This document shows positions 63,126 to 64,000 of a DNA stretch of 64,000 bases, piece by piece. Position numbers and translations under genes: made by a program. The notes under the pieces were generated by a model. It was not told where the DNA came from. It ran no database searches and saw nothing but the letters and a program-made list of their open reading frames with translations. Source of the DNA: the human T2T-CHM13v2.0 reference genome, Homo sapiens; NCBI RefSeq assembly GCF_009914755.1, contig NC_060941.1; one strand, 5' to 3'. The stretch's first letter is position 1; each line of letters opens with the position of its first letter.

Positions 63126-64000
63126 GCCAGGTCCCTGAGACAAGGGGCAGGGTGGGTGGCCACCAGGCAGAGGGTGCCCAGGCACAGCAGGGGACGGGGC
63201 TGCTCCAGGCTTGGGCAAGGGACCATTGACTGTGCACTGTCCGGACCTGAGCAGAATCTGGCTCTGCCGTCGCTGTGCTGGGAGACCTTGAAACAGTTTA
63301 GTAAAACCTCGCCGAGCCTCTGTTTTCTTATCTATAAAATGGGGATAATAACCCCCAGTTCTGGGAGTGTTGTGGGAACTAACACTGTGGCCCCCACTTG
63401 GTGCTGGCTGAACCTGGTTCCTCCTTCTCCTCCCTACAAGAGAGGCCTTGGACCCACCTCACTGGTGAAGGCTCCCAGGGTGCACATGCCGGAGCAGAGG
63501 CGCAGGGAGGAGGGAGGCATCCTGGAGGAGGTGGCTTGGGCTGTCCTGGAGGAGGGAGGTGGCTTGGGCTGACAGCTGGCACACGGACGGGCCCGAGGCC
63601 GAGTGGCAGGGTCGGGGACTTTGGTCACTTATCAAAGTCAAAGCCCAGGACTTTTTGGGTTTTGCTTTGTTTTCAGCAAAGGCCCTTGGGTCACCTGCGA
63701 TGTGTCCCACCCTTGTGAGAACCAGTGACCAAGCCCTGGCCCTACCCTGTCCCCTGGCCTTTGCCTGTGCCCCCACCCTGCCCCTCTGGTAGCCCCCTCC
63801 CCTTGCCTACTTGGGGGTGATTGGCAGCTGCCTCTTCCCAGCCCCCCAGGCCATGGCACGGAGCCTCAAGCCTATTCATGATGCGGACATATGGCACCTC
63901 CACGGGGGGCTTGGAGGAAACTGCCAATTGCGAGAGTGCAGCGTGTCCCCATTCCAGCCCTGCCGGAGCAAAACAAACGCAAGTCGCGAGGGGAGCAGAG

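Overview
Human (or very close great-ape) genomic DNA matching the RNF213-ENDOV locus (human 17q25.3). 690-13324: the last 13 coding exons of RNF213 on the + strand, reconstructed with consistent splice phases; the moyamoya R4810 codon has the Arg allele. 17157-33370: a 16 kb nested retrovirus. An LTR2/HERV-E-type 'Harlequin' mosaic provirus (tRNA-Glu PBS, CTCT target-site duplication, TSD) carries an 8.4 kb HERV-H provirus (LTR7, 19622-28040) whose env is nearly full length. A solo LTR follows, then a CpG-island promoter with an antisense first exon (RNF213-AS1-like). The complete 10-exon ENDOV gene spans 35049-55994, with a GC-AG intron, intronic MIR4730, an L1-derived last exon and a 43-bp VNTR. 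The distal region has a near-perfect REST/RE1 site and minisatellites. Main leads: outer LTRs more similar than the inner, younger LTRs (gene conversion); a possible suppressyn-like truncated HERV-H Env; a Phe-like PBS on the HERV-H; sense LTRs with intact splice donors upstream of ENDOV. No wholly novel system is demonstrated. Repeat family names are from recognition, not a database search.
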